From Octopus vulgaris (Eukaryota), in assembly GCA_951406725.2 (NCBI GenBank), contig OX597843.1, forward strand, positions 5,146,001 to 5,210,000: 64,000 bases of DNA, written 5' to 3'. The notes under the pieces are model-generated. The model did no database searches, was not told the origin of the DNA, and saw nothing but the letters and a program-made list of their open reading frames with translations. Every line of letters starts with the position of its first letter. The stretch's first letter is position 1. Below are positions 13,571 through 26,250 of this stretch, one piece after another. The position numbers and the translations under genes are program-made.

Positions 13571-16500
13571 TATATGTGTGTACATATATATATATATACA
13601 CATATATACGATGGGCTTCTTTCAATTTCCGTCTACCAAATCCACTCAGAAGGCTTTGGTCGGCCTGGGGCTATAGTAGAAGACACTTGCCCCAAGATGC
13701 CACGCAGTGGGACTGAACCCGGAATCATGTGGTTGGTAAGCAAGTATACTCTTTTGCTTGTTTCAGTCATTTGACTGCGGCCATGCTGGAGCACCGCCTT
13801 TAATCGAGCAACTCGACCCCGGGACTTATTCTTTGTAAGCCCAGTACTTATTCTATCTGTCTCTTTTTGCCGAACTGCTAAGTGACGGGGACATAGACAC
13901 ACCAGCATCAGTTGTCAAGCAATGCTAGGAGGACACACACACATATATATATACATACGACGGGCTTCTTTTCAGTTTCTTTCTACCAAATCCACTCACA
14001 AGGCTTTGGTCGGCCTGGGGCTATAGCAGAAGACACTTGCCCAAGGTGCCACGCAGTGGGACTGAACGCAAAACCATGTGGTTGGTTAGCAAGCTACTTA
14101 CCACACAACCACTCTTGCTCCTATGTATGTATATATATCATGTACATAGATATGTATACATGTGTATGTGTGCGTGGCTGGTGAGGAGAAAGTGCATTTA
14201 AAAGCGGTCAGCTTCTCAATCCCGTTTATTGATTTCAGCAAAACAAAGCAGAAATCCCCAGAAGACAAAGCCATACCTCGTTATTGATTATTCGTCAAGC
14301 ATTAACGAATATTGCATCTTCTGTGCGAACTAATGAGAGACATGGCGACATGACAATAAGAAATATTGACTGCTGTATGGTTAATGAAGTCACTTCATAA
14401 ACTGCAGAGTCCTTGATAGGAGGGGCGGGGGTTAGAGTGATCACCTGCCCTTCACCAGTCCCTAGCTGACACAGGCTGGGGTTGTATAGACATTGTGTCC
14501 TTGAGCAAGAGACTTCATCTCACGTCGCTATCCATGAGTACCATATTTCTCACAATGGGCTAAACATATAAGGGACAAACAAACGGATTAAGTCGATTAT
14601 ATCGACCTCAGTGCGTAACTGGTACTTAATTTATTGACCCCGAAAGGATGAGAGGCAAAGTTGACCTCGGCGGAATTTGAACTCAGAATGTAACGGCAGA
14701 TGAAATACCGCTAAGCATTTCGCCCGGCGTGCTAACAATTCTGCCAGCTCGCTATCCCTGAGTACCAGTCCAGATCTGGTGTATGGTCTTGTCTCTCTCC
14801 AGCTGGAATGTCCATGATTGACAACTGGATCAAGGGGTGTGAAAGCCGAAAGGGTATATATATATATAGGGGTTTTGGTGCCTAAATTTCACAGTTTGTA
14901 TAAAAACAATAATATCCATCCCAAAAATAAAAGTATTTTCAAAAATCATGAGATAGCAACTATTTCAGTGGTACTTCCCCCTCATCTCCACATACACACA
15001 CAGGGGGGGGGGGGGTGAAAAGACCTAGGGGACCTTGAAGAAAAGTGGAGCAATAATGGGGTGATGAAAAGGAAGCAATGGATGTAAAAACAAACATAAT
15101 AATTGTTTAATTAGGCTAAGTTTTGTTTGCGAAGTACAGCTGCCTTGAATTTGCTGTGGAGAGATGTGGTGGTGAATGAGTGAGGTGGGGAGCAGTGCTA
15201 GGAATGTGGCCTGGATGCCAAGGGAATGGCAGCCGAAATAGTTTGGGAATCAAGGAACTACATAACAGTTTACTCAAGGGAGCTGCTCTCAACTTCTACC
15301 AAAGCCCAAGAATCTGTTGCACACATACATACATATCACGTGACCGACCAGATGTGGTTACACATCGCTGGTCACAATGCATTCGCATTGTTTTAGCCTT
15401 CGAATGACGCCACCCCGCTGGCTAAGCGAGCAGGCCAAGAGAAGAAAGAGTGGTGAAAGAGTACAGCAGGGATCACCACCCCCTGCCGGAGCCTTGTGGG
15501 GCATTTTAGGTGTTTTCGCTCAATAAACACTCACAACGCCTGGGAATCGAAACCGTGATCCTACGACCGCAAGTCCGCTGCCCTAACCACTGGGCCATTG
15601 CGCCTCCACACACACATATATATATATACACGACGGGCTTCTTTCAGTTTCCGTCTACCAAATCCACTCACAAGGCTTTGGTCGGCCAGAGGCTATAGCA
15701 GAAGACACTTACTTACCCAGAGTACTAGACAGTGGAACTGAACCCGAAACCATGTGGTTGGTAAGCAGCAAGCTACTTACCACACAGCCACTCCTGAGCA
15801 AAAGGTTGTGTTGTTCATAGGGGACACACAGACAACCGGAGAAGAATTTTAGGAGGGTGACAAGACTACACACCAGTACTAGACTGCTTAAGGACACAAT
15901 GAATATACAAAACCCAACCTGCATCAACTAGGAGGTGGTGATGGCAGTCCCTTGCATCCCCAGGAACCCTGCAGATTATGAAGAGTGACTTTGTGAACCA
16001 CACAGCAGTCATATTTCTTATTATCAGGTTGCCATTCTCTCTCGTTACTTCATTCAGGAGATGGAATATTCATTAACACTTCAGGAATAATTAATAACAA
16101 TTTATGCTAACGTCTCCTGATGTTTGTCTCCTGGGGATCTCTCCATTGTCGTTCTGGAATCAATAATCGGAATAGAAAAGCAGACCACTTTTATATACAC
16201 TTCCTCCTCACCAGCCACACATATATACTTATACATACATAATTAATACATGTGTACACACATACATATAAGTATACATACAAGCATATGTATTTGCATA
16301 CATGCATATATATATATATAGGCGCAGGAGTGGCTGTGTGGTAAGTAGCTAGCTTACCAACCACATCGTTCCGGGTTCAGTCCCACTGCGTGGCACCTTG
16401 GGCAAGTGTCTTCTACTATAGCCTCGGGCTGACCAAAACCTTGTGAGTGGATTCGGTAGACAGAAACTGAAAGAAGCCTGTCGTATATATGTATGTGTAT

Positions 16501-19500
16501 GTTTGTCCCCCTAGCATCGCTTGACAACCGATGCTGGTGTGTTTACGTCCCCGTAACGTAGCAGTTCGGCAATAGAATAAAATGATAGAATAAGTACTAG
16601 GCTTACGAAGAATAAGTCCTGGGGTTGATTTGCTCAACTGAAGGCGGTGCTCCAATCAAATGACTGAAACAAGTAAGAGCGTAAAGGATACACACATACA
16701 TACATGTATATATACACTCATGAGCTTTAACAAGTAATAAGACCCATATATGTAATGCAATAGCATCCTGTTTGTGTTCATGTCTACACGTGTATATACA
16801 CATGTATTACAAACATGTGTATATGCATTCACACATATATATATATGCATGCATAAATGTATACATACATATATACACACATATGTAATTTCATATATAT
16901 ATACATAATTTAAAAAATAGGATAAAATCTTTATAAGAATTCATCAAGTAGTTATATACATATATAATATACACCACTGTTTTATGATGTTTCAGTTTTC
17001 ATAAGAGTCTTGTTTCTAGGTTAAGGATTGGTTTTTTCCACATATGCAAGAATTTTGTAAAATAAAACCCAAAACACACACACATACATACATACATGTG
17101 CAGGCGTAGCTATGAGGTAAGAAGCTTGCTTACCAACCACGTGGTTCCAGGTTCAGTCCCACTGCGTATCACCCTGTCTTCTACTATAGTCTTGGGCCAA
17201 CCAAAGCCATGTGAGTGGATTTGGTAGACGGAAACTGAAAAGAAGCCCGTCGTATATATAAATATCTGTGTGTCTGTCTCTTCACCATCATTTGACAACC
17301 GATATTGGTGTGTTTATGTCCCTGTAACCCAGGGACATACAAGACTTGTAGGAGAGCCCCTATATCAGTGGTTCCAAACTATTTTCCGGCTGCCGCTCTC
17401 TTGGCACCCGGGCCACCTCACCCCAACTAACCATCGCAAACACAGACCCCTTTCTGAAGCAACTGCATTTCACTAATAAACTTAACGAACCCATTATTTT
17501 GTTGTTTTTACATCAAGTGCCCCTTTTGGCTACCCCATTTTTCTTCAACGCCCCCTTGGAACTTTCCACCGCTCTCAGAGGGGTGGCACCACCCACTACC
17601 ACTGCTCTGTATGGTTGCCTGCTAGATATAGCAGCTAGCTCTACCTCAAACACAACATTATTCTCTTCAAAATGTAAAGACACATTAAATATTGTAGTCC
17701 TAGATACACTATGTCTGAATAAAAGAAAAGACTGTTACAGCTGAAAGATCTTTGATCATAGGTCTGCTGGACCAGGACTGACCTGGGGTTAAACAACAAG
17801 GATACATTAGATAATGTAGTCCTAGATACACTATGTCAATATAATAATAGGCATAGATGCTTAACCTAATTATTCTAGAAAACAATTAAACCAACCAGGC
17901 AGCCAGTTTGAAAAATTACTTGGTGTCACCCTCTGCCTGAAAATCATACAGTAAAATGAAGATTAACATTCCTTAATGATCTTAATCAAGATATCTTAAT
18001 TAATTTACAAAATTCCACCCAAATTAGAGGAGAAAAAATATTTTCTTAATTTGTGTATCTGGGCGTTATAGTTTTTAATTAATTTATTTTTCTTAACTAC
18101 AGATAACGTTAGAATAAATACTAAATTTTCTTCCTCCTCACCTAAAACTAACAAACAGTTTTAGTTAACACCCACTCTACTGCAGGGGTGGGGGTAGATC
18201 CATACACACGGCCCTTCTTTCTCTCTGTTGGTGTTTGGCCCTTCGACCCTGGACCCAGCAGGTCTTTAGCATTCAGGTTATTCTGTCAAATTTAATCCTT
18301 CTTTATTCACATTGTTTGGAATTAATCATGGATTATCTTGCAGATTTGAGATTTCAATGATGGGATTATTTATAGAATGACATTGTAGGGTGGGTGTGAG
18401 AGGTTGGATCTGGTCTAGTTTTGAATCAATCATGCCTTACCTCATAGTTTTGAGATTTCACTGAAGTGATTGTTTATTTTGAGAATGACATTGTAGGGTA
18501 GGTGTGAGAGGCTGGATCTGGTCCTTTTGAACATAAAACAAGGAGAATATTTAGGTGGGGATGTGTGGTTTAAATGCTAAAGGGATATATATCTACACAT
18601 GAAGCAATGAGAGAGACCTCTACATTTTAAACATAGCAGCCAAATCCCCCTCAAACCAGACTAGTGTCTTATTTATGTACATTCTTTAGCATACAGATTA
18701 TTCTGTCCAATATAATCCTTCTTTATTCACATTGTTTTGAATTAATCATAGATTATCTCATAGCTTTGAGATTTCACTGATGTGGTTGTTCAGTTTTAGA
18801 ATGACATTGTAGGGTAGGTGTGAGAGGCTGGATCTGACCTGTTTGAATATCCAACAAGGAGAATATTCGGGTTCAGATTAAATGCTGAAGTCTTTCCCAG
18901 CTTGATCACCCTTTCTCTTCATCTCTATATATTCTAAATGAATCACCACCACTGCCACCTCGGTGTCATATAAAACATGTTTTACATGACACATTTTACC
19001 AGTATACGAAATTTGAAAGTGTTTAGTTACAAAAAATTATCTTTTAAATCTGTCGGTCAGAAGATAAAGATCCAGCACTGGTGATGGTGCCACACAAAAA
19101 ACACCGATGCTCTGTAAATTTGTCGGTGTTAAGAAGAACATTCAGCTGTAGAAGCCAGGCCAAAACAGGCTGTGGGACCTGGTGTGGTTCTTGGCCTCAC
19201 CAGTTCCTGTCAAGCCGTCCAACCCATGCTAGCGTGGAAAACAGGCGTTAAATGACAACGATGATGGATGCTTGAGAGTCTTGATGTCTCCAGGGGCCTA
19301 TAGTGTTACCAGAGGAAGTAAACCCCCAGCTGAGGGGTTGTCAAACAAACTATTTTGCTTATGCTGTCAAGGGGCTGTGTGAAGACTTAAAGAGACACAC
19401 AGACAGAGAGAGAAAGATATAGAGGAGAGGGGAAGTATTTAATATTGTACAGGCGGGTGGGATAGGGGTATTGACCGAGTTAAAGCACCACCATTTCTGT

Positions 19501-20471
19501 CAAAAAACCACCTCAATTAAGGGAAATATGTGTGTATACGTGCATGCATGTGTGTGTAGGAGACGCTTGTATGTGTGTACGTGCATGGATGTGTGTGTAG
19601 GAGACACTTGTATGTGTGTGTAGGAGACACTTGTATGTGTGTACGTGCATGCATGTGTATGTAGGGAGAGAGATGTCGCTTTTGTGAGTTTGCTAAGAAA
19701 TAATTTTATGCTTCTCAATAATTTGAAAAACAATATGATTCATTCAGATTTTATACACACAAACACAAATATATATATATATACACACATGCATATAATA
19801 TTCACTTCGAAACGACGAAGTTGGTATGCGACTGCATAGATGTGCTGCAGCTCGGTCAGTGGCCCTCCTCCACTTACACATGTACATAAACATCTATACA
19901 CACACACATATATATATATACGCACTCATACATACATATTTCTGTACAGTGTCACGCCTCCCGCCCCATCCATGTACGTCTACATGTTCAGACATACATA
20001 TTTCCTAATTAAATAATCACGAGCCTTTTAGCCAACCGCAAAACGAAATTCTTGTTCTTTTATTTCTTTCTTTCATAGTTTTTATTTATGACTCATTCAC
20101 TCCTAATTCTTATTTGTTTATTCTACACCAGTTAAATATTTATTCAAGTCACTAAGTTTGTTTCCCAAACAGCAGCTAAGCAAATCTTTCCATTGTAAAT
20201 GTTACCGCCAACCGGAACTAAACTCGTAAATTTAATCGCCGCCATAATTTACAATCTCACATTTAGCGAAAACAATGTTAAACCCTCGTAAATTAGAGAC
20301 GAGAAGAGGGCAAATGTGAGAGTTAGTGACTGTCTGGAAGTCTCAGTCAAAAGTTATAAAAATAAATACGGTATTTCGCTGACATTGGGTGTTTAACATT
20401 TGCAAACTTGACTCTAATATTTGCAATAGCGGCCATTTTGCTTGTCTTGTTTGTTGGATGTCAGAGAAAAA

Positions 20472-20720
20472 GGATCTTTTTCAGTTTGACCGGCAGTTTT
20501 TTAAAAAATAATTTCCTCGTAACTAAACACTTTTAAACTTCGTATACTGGTAGAATGTGTTTATAAAACATCTTTTTCTCTTGGCTTTATTGAGAAAATT
20601 CTATAGTTTGTAAAATATTTGCTGGTTTTTTCTTCAATTTCAACCAATCAATGACGTCCATTTAGGTAAAAAAAAAAATTCTGTGCCGTATGAATATGTC
20701 CCTCGTTTAAGAAACAGATT
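20472..20720. mobile_element. Unclassified interspersed repeat (GGATCTTTTCxGTTTGACCGGCAG...), probably a non-autonomous DNA element
   Basis: Recurs as a tandem pair at ~38052-38570 and inverted at ~5890-6095 and ~18960-19075. Confidence 0.65.
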
Positions 20721-22062
20721 GGGTATACACCTAGAAAGTTACCCTTCGAGGCACAAGTCTGGGCAAGGTTGTATATGGAAGACCAGCAGTCGCCATGCAT
20801 AGCAGCCTCCTCTCTCCACACCACTGATGTTATCCAAGGGAAAGGCAAAGGGGCCAATACAGCTTGGCACCAGTGACGTCGTTGCAGCTCATTTATTAAC
20901 ATGCAATGTGGCTGAGGACTCCACAGACACGTGTACCCTTAACGTAGTTCTCGGGGAGATTCAGTGTGACAATGCTGGCCCCTTGAGATACAGGCACAAG
21001 AAGAATGAGTGAGAGAATGAGTACAGCAGGGTTTGCCACTACCCCCTGTCGGAGCCTCGTGGAGCTTTCGTTCAATAAACACCAGCCGTAGAAACCATGC
21101 CAAATCAGACTGGAATCAGGTGTGGCTTCCTACCTTGCCAAACCATCCGACCCATGCCAGCATGATCAACAGATGTTAAATAATGAAGATGATATACACA
21201 CACTCTTTTACTTGTTTCAGTCATTTGACTGCGGCCATGCTGGAGCACCGCCTTTAGTCGAGCAAATCAACCTCAGGACTTATTCTTTGTAAGCACAGTA
21301 CTTATTCTATCGGTCTCTTTTGCCGAACCACTAAGTTACGAGGACGTAAACACAACAGCAACGGTTGTCAAGCAATGCTAGAGGGACAAACACACAAACA
21401 TATACATACAACGGGCTTCTTTCAGTTTCCGTCTACCAAATCCACTCACAAGGCTTTGGTCAGCCGGAGGCTATAGTAGAAGACACTTGCAGTGGGACTG
21501 AACCCGGAGCCATGTGTTTGGTAAGCAAGCTATATACCACAGGCTTCTTTCAGTTTTCATCTAGCAAATCCACTCACAAGGCTATAATAGAAGACACTTG
21601 CCCAAGGTGCTACGCAGTGGGACTGATCTCGGAAGCATGTGGTTGGTAAGCAAGCTACTTACCATAGAGCCACTCCTGCACCTATATTTGTAAATAACGA
21701 AGAACTCGTTGAGATTTCTGAGTCATTCGTTAAATCTAATTAGTTGAATCTATCTTTCAAAGAGAGAAACCAGTTCTTTACATCAAAATGGCCAACTTCC
21801 TGTTCTCAAAGAATCTCTGAAGACTAACCGTACAAGAAAACCTGTTTCCCATTAACTGGAGCTTTTTTTTTCCTACTTCAAAGTTAGCAAGTTTTTAAGT
21901 GGAATTCTACTAATTTGATGGGAGACTGAGATTGTGGGCATCGTTGGTTGGTGGCGGTGGGAATTGGTGTTGAAGTTTTAGATGTTGTTTGTGGTGGTGT
22001 GTATTTCCTTTACTGACAACTTGAAGGGAACGTGAAATTCATGTTAGGCCACATCAATATAT

Positions 22063-22620
22063 ACCGTAAATCCTCGAGTATAGTCCACCCCTGAGTATAA
22101 TACACAAGGGATTGTACCTCTGAAAAACCTAAACCTTGTGCATAATACGCACCCATTCTGTAATATATTAATCTCTTACCATAAATCCTTGAGTACAGTC
22201 CACCCTTAAGTATAATACGCAGGGGATTTTTAGGGGGCTGTACCTCTGAAAAACCTAAACCTTGTGTATAATACGCACCCCTTCTCTAACTTGAGTCGTG
22301 CGTAATTAAGCCAGCAGCACCTAGTCGAACAAACACTTCCGCGCATGCGTAATACAATAATGGTGATGTTCTTAACTGTTATATGGGAATGTAAATATGT
22401 TTGCAAATTGTTTTTGTTACATGTTATTCTGTGTTCTGAATACTTTTATTTTAATAAATGTTGCTTACTGCAAGTTAGGGGGCTGTACCGCTGAAAAACC
22501 TAAACCTTATGTATAATACGCACCCCTTCTCTAACTTGAGTCAAGGAGGTCTATATAACGTCCTTGGTTTGTAAAAATGTATATGGTGACGTCCTTTATT
22601 ATTATTGTATATATAACATG
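22063..22620. mobile_element. pogo/Tigger-like non-autonomous element with internal repeats
   Basis: TA|CCGTAAATCCTCGAGTATAGTCC start, repeated at ~22178; three copies of CTGTACCTCTGAAAAACCTAAACCTTGTGTATAATACGCACCC. Confidence 0.5.
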
Positions 22621-24024
22621 ATGCAAACGTGTAGCTTTTTTGTGCATTTTGTTTGCAGAAAATCAAGAAATAACTAAAATCATGGGAATTCCGGTGTACG
22701 TATGTGACGGATTTTATCTTTTATGTATGAGAGGCTCTCTCGCGGCAAATAGCACAGTATTCCCTGTCCTAACAAGGCATCCATGTTTAGCTGGATATAA
22801 TGATTACCGTGTGGGATTCGTACTGTTTCCGTTTGTTCATTAATTACAAATTAAATACATTTGTAATAACTTAATGAACCAGAGTCATTAAGTACGAAAT
22901 GATATTTGAAAACATATTGAGGAGTAGATATAACTGCATGAACACAAAATAAGTGTGAGTGTGCATATACATATATGTGTGTATGTATGTATATATATGT
23001 ATGTGTGTGTGTATATATATATATGTATGTGTGTATATATATATATGTATGTGTGTATATATATATATGTATGTGTGTATATATATATGTATGTGTGTGT
23101 GTATTTATATATGTGTGTGTGTATTTATATATATATGTATGTATATATATATATATGTGTGTATATATATATATGTATGTGTGTATGTATATATATATGT
23201 GTATATATATATATGTATGCATATATATATATATGCACACTTATGTGTGTATATATATATATATATGCACACTTATGTGTGTAACAAAATATTCACATTC
23301 AAGCCACCTATAATGAGGACACACAAACACATGTATGTATGTCTATATATAAATGCCTTCATTAATATCTAATTGCTTCTGAAAATGTTACTTCCTCTGT
23401 CCTTCATCTTTCACTTGACACGCCCAACCACCTCCCTGTACACATTCCTCTCCTTCCATATGTGTGTAAATACATACGTACATACATACACATATGTATA
23501 TATAAATTAGAAAAAAACACCTTTTATCAATTCAAAATGAAAAATTAAATTACATTTTTCATGCCGGTGACACGTAAAAGCACCATCCGTTCGTGGCCGT
23601 TTGCCAGCTCTGTCTGACCCCCGTGCGGATGGCACGTAAAAAGCACCCACTACACTCACGGAGTGGTTGGCGTTAGGAAGTGCATCCAGCTGTAGAAACA
23701 TTGCCAGATCAGACTGGGCCTGGTGCAGCCTTCTGGCTTCACAGGCCCCAGTTGAACCGTCCAACCCATGCTAGCATGGAAAACGGACGTTAAACGATGA
23801 TGATGAAAGAGGTTTGAAGCCTCGTGAATGAAATTATAAAAGATCAAATTCATATAACATTGTTTATGTCCAACCCACAGCTTCCCTTCTATGTAAGGCC
23901 TTTATGGCCAATATAATGAAGACACTCGCTCAAGGTGCCATGTAGTGGGACTGAACCTGGAACCATGTGGTTGGGAAGCAAGCTTCTTACCACACATCCA
24001 AAACAATTACAAAGAATATGCAGA

Positions 24025-24280
24025 CAGGACGCCTGAAAATTAATATATTGATAGCAGACTTAATTAGAATAATGAACAATGTGTCCCCTCTATATGAACC
24101 CTATGAAATGGAAAAAACATATACAGAACTTCATACACCACATGCAGTTCTCTGGCTATGATCAGAAAGATAGGGTTTGGGTATATAGCGGGGCTAGAAA
24201 GAAATTAGATAACATTATACGTAATGATACCAGTGGTACCTGCCCTAGATATAGAAACAAAGAATGGAATAGGATACATA
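24025..24280 (+). mobile_element. Penelope-like element fragment (region C-terminal to the RT core), frameshifted
   Basis: LKINILIADLIRIMNNVSPLYEP / KKHIQNFIHHMQFSGYDQKDRVWVYSGA...DTSGTCPRYRNKEWNR resembles the R..N.S...MQxSGY...G..P.YR..W pattern of PLE proteins (recognised by eye). Confidence 0.6.
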
Positions 24281-25209
24281 TATATATAAATAGTTGAAAC
24301 ACTCCTGTCACAACCTGGGGCCTAGAAGACTGCTTTAATGCAAGAATGTATACTAGTCCCTTAATATTTGATATTCAATAAGACAATCAATACTTCATTT
24401 CATTTTACACTATATATTCTCAATTAATATTATAAAGAATATAAATAAAACATTAAAAAACAGAGTTGGAATTCCTTTGAATTAGAGATAAAACCACTAT
24501 TAGGCAAATCAAACAGTGAAAATCATAAACCAATACATAGAAATATAATTAATTAATAAAAAATATATAAAATACTCTTTATCATATATTAAACTTTTAA
24601 TACTTTTTGATAGTTATATATATTTTAAAAAAATAATAATTCCACCGTTTGATTTGCCTAATAGTGGTTTTTTGTACTATAAAATTAGATTTAATCCTAA
24701 ATTTACTCCCTAATATTATTATAATTAATTAATATATTGATTATATATAAGGATATAAACATTCAGCTGAAAATTCTTTCTTTATACATATACACTATAT
24801 ATACATGTATGTATACGACAGGAGGGGAAAGCAGTCATCGGATGCGGTTGCAGGGGAATAACTCTAAAAGTTCCAGATTTTGCTAATTAAACCCACGCAC
24901 CATACATTTGCTGGTCACTTCAGCTTTTATCGTTACGGTGGTTTTCAATTCATTCGTGACCCCTTCAACGACTCTTTATCCCACGTATGATCAAAGAACT
25001 TTGACAAAGAAATTAAAAACTTGAAATTTCGAAACAATAAAAATGATATGTGTTAGTGTATACTTACCCAACAAAATGTTCTTTTCACATTGAATTCCGG
25101 TAATTTTTAGAAAATTTCTTAAAAAATCAACAACTTTCTCGAATGTTACAAGATAACACAGTAACGAAGTGGGTGGGGCCCTATTGTGTAGTTATGCCTA
25201 AATTCATAA

Positions 25210-25650
25210 TAATGAAATTATTTTGTAAAGTGCTCAGGTGCCCCACAACTTGTCAAAAGTGCGTATAAAGCATATGCAATGATGTAGAAATGTCTGGGAA
25301 GTGAACAGTGTATGAGTCAGATAGATGTTTGCTTGTGTGTATGGAGGGGAGAAGATCAGGTGTAGTGTTGGCGAATCTTAGGAAGCATGGAAGTTTTGAA
25401 GGATGCAGTGCTCCAACAACTAACAACTGATGCCAGCAGTTTGTTCCATGCTTCAGCAACTCTTAGCATGAAAAATGTTTCCTAAAGTCATGGAAGGAGC
25501 TGTGCTGTTTTCTGACTTTGTAAACATGTCCACGGGTGTTGGACAGGTGGAGTTTGAAAAGGTGTTCAGAGTTATTGCTTGTAAGATGGTTAATAATTTT
25601 ATGGGTGTCTGCCAAGTCAGCTGCCAGACGTCGGAGTTTCAATGTGTCCA
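25210..25650 (-). mobile_element. CR1-clade LINE 3' end
   Basis: LKLRRLAADLADTHKII...SNTRGHVYKVRKQH...RKHF...RVAEAWNKL (CR1 TRGH/WNxL terminus) plus 3'UTR. Plus-strand partial copies at ~26335-26510 and ~27273-27492. Confidence 0.85.
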
Positions 25651-26009
25651 TAGAAGGTTCCGGGTTCAGTCCCGCTGAGTGACACCATGAGCAAGTGTTT
25701 TCTACTAGTCCAACCCTTCCGAAGTGGATTCGAAACCCCGTCGTATACGTCCGTGTGTTTTCCACGTGGTTGCTTGTTTACAATACCGGTGTCATTCGCT
25801 TAGTGTCCACCATGAAAAGAAGTTCGGTTTTCATGACAAAGTCATTTTCCTAAGCAAAGGACATTATTCTTTGTTTCTAGTTTCCAGCAGAAAACATACC
25901 CAGACTGGTAAAGGGTCTTGGAGATTATTTTAATCATCTCACTTGGAAACAAAGGGGGTTTGGCCCAAAGAAACTCCCCCCACCCAAAACGTATGCTTAC
26001 TTACATACC

Positions 26010-26250
26010 TAGCCAAAAGAGAACACCCACACTGAACTATTGAAAAATCTGAAGTTACTTTATCCAGATGACAAGTTCAGGTTTATACCTGTAATTATTG
26101 AGGCACTGAGATATGTAACACACTGCCTAAATACCAATCTTGAGAAATTTGGCTTCTCAATACCAGAAAGCTGATTCGAAGACTACAGATTCAATCCGTC
26201 AGTGGAACTGTAAAAATTTGTAAAACCTTCCAGAAATTTATCATTTAGAT
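26010..26250 (+). mobile_element. RLE-type non-LTR retrotransposon, extreme C-terminus
   Basis: LYPDDKFRFIPVIIEALRYVTHCLNTNLEKFGFS...IRRLQIQSVSGTVKICKTFQKF resembles the PVIIGALG...LQ terminus of RLE elements. Confidence 0.6.
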
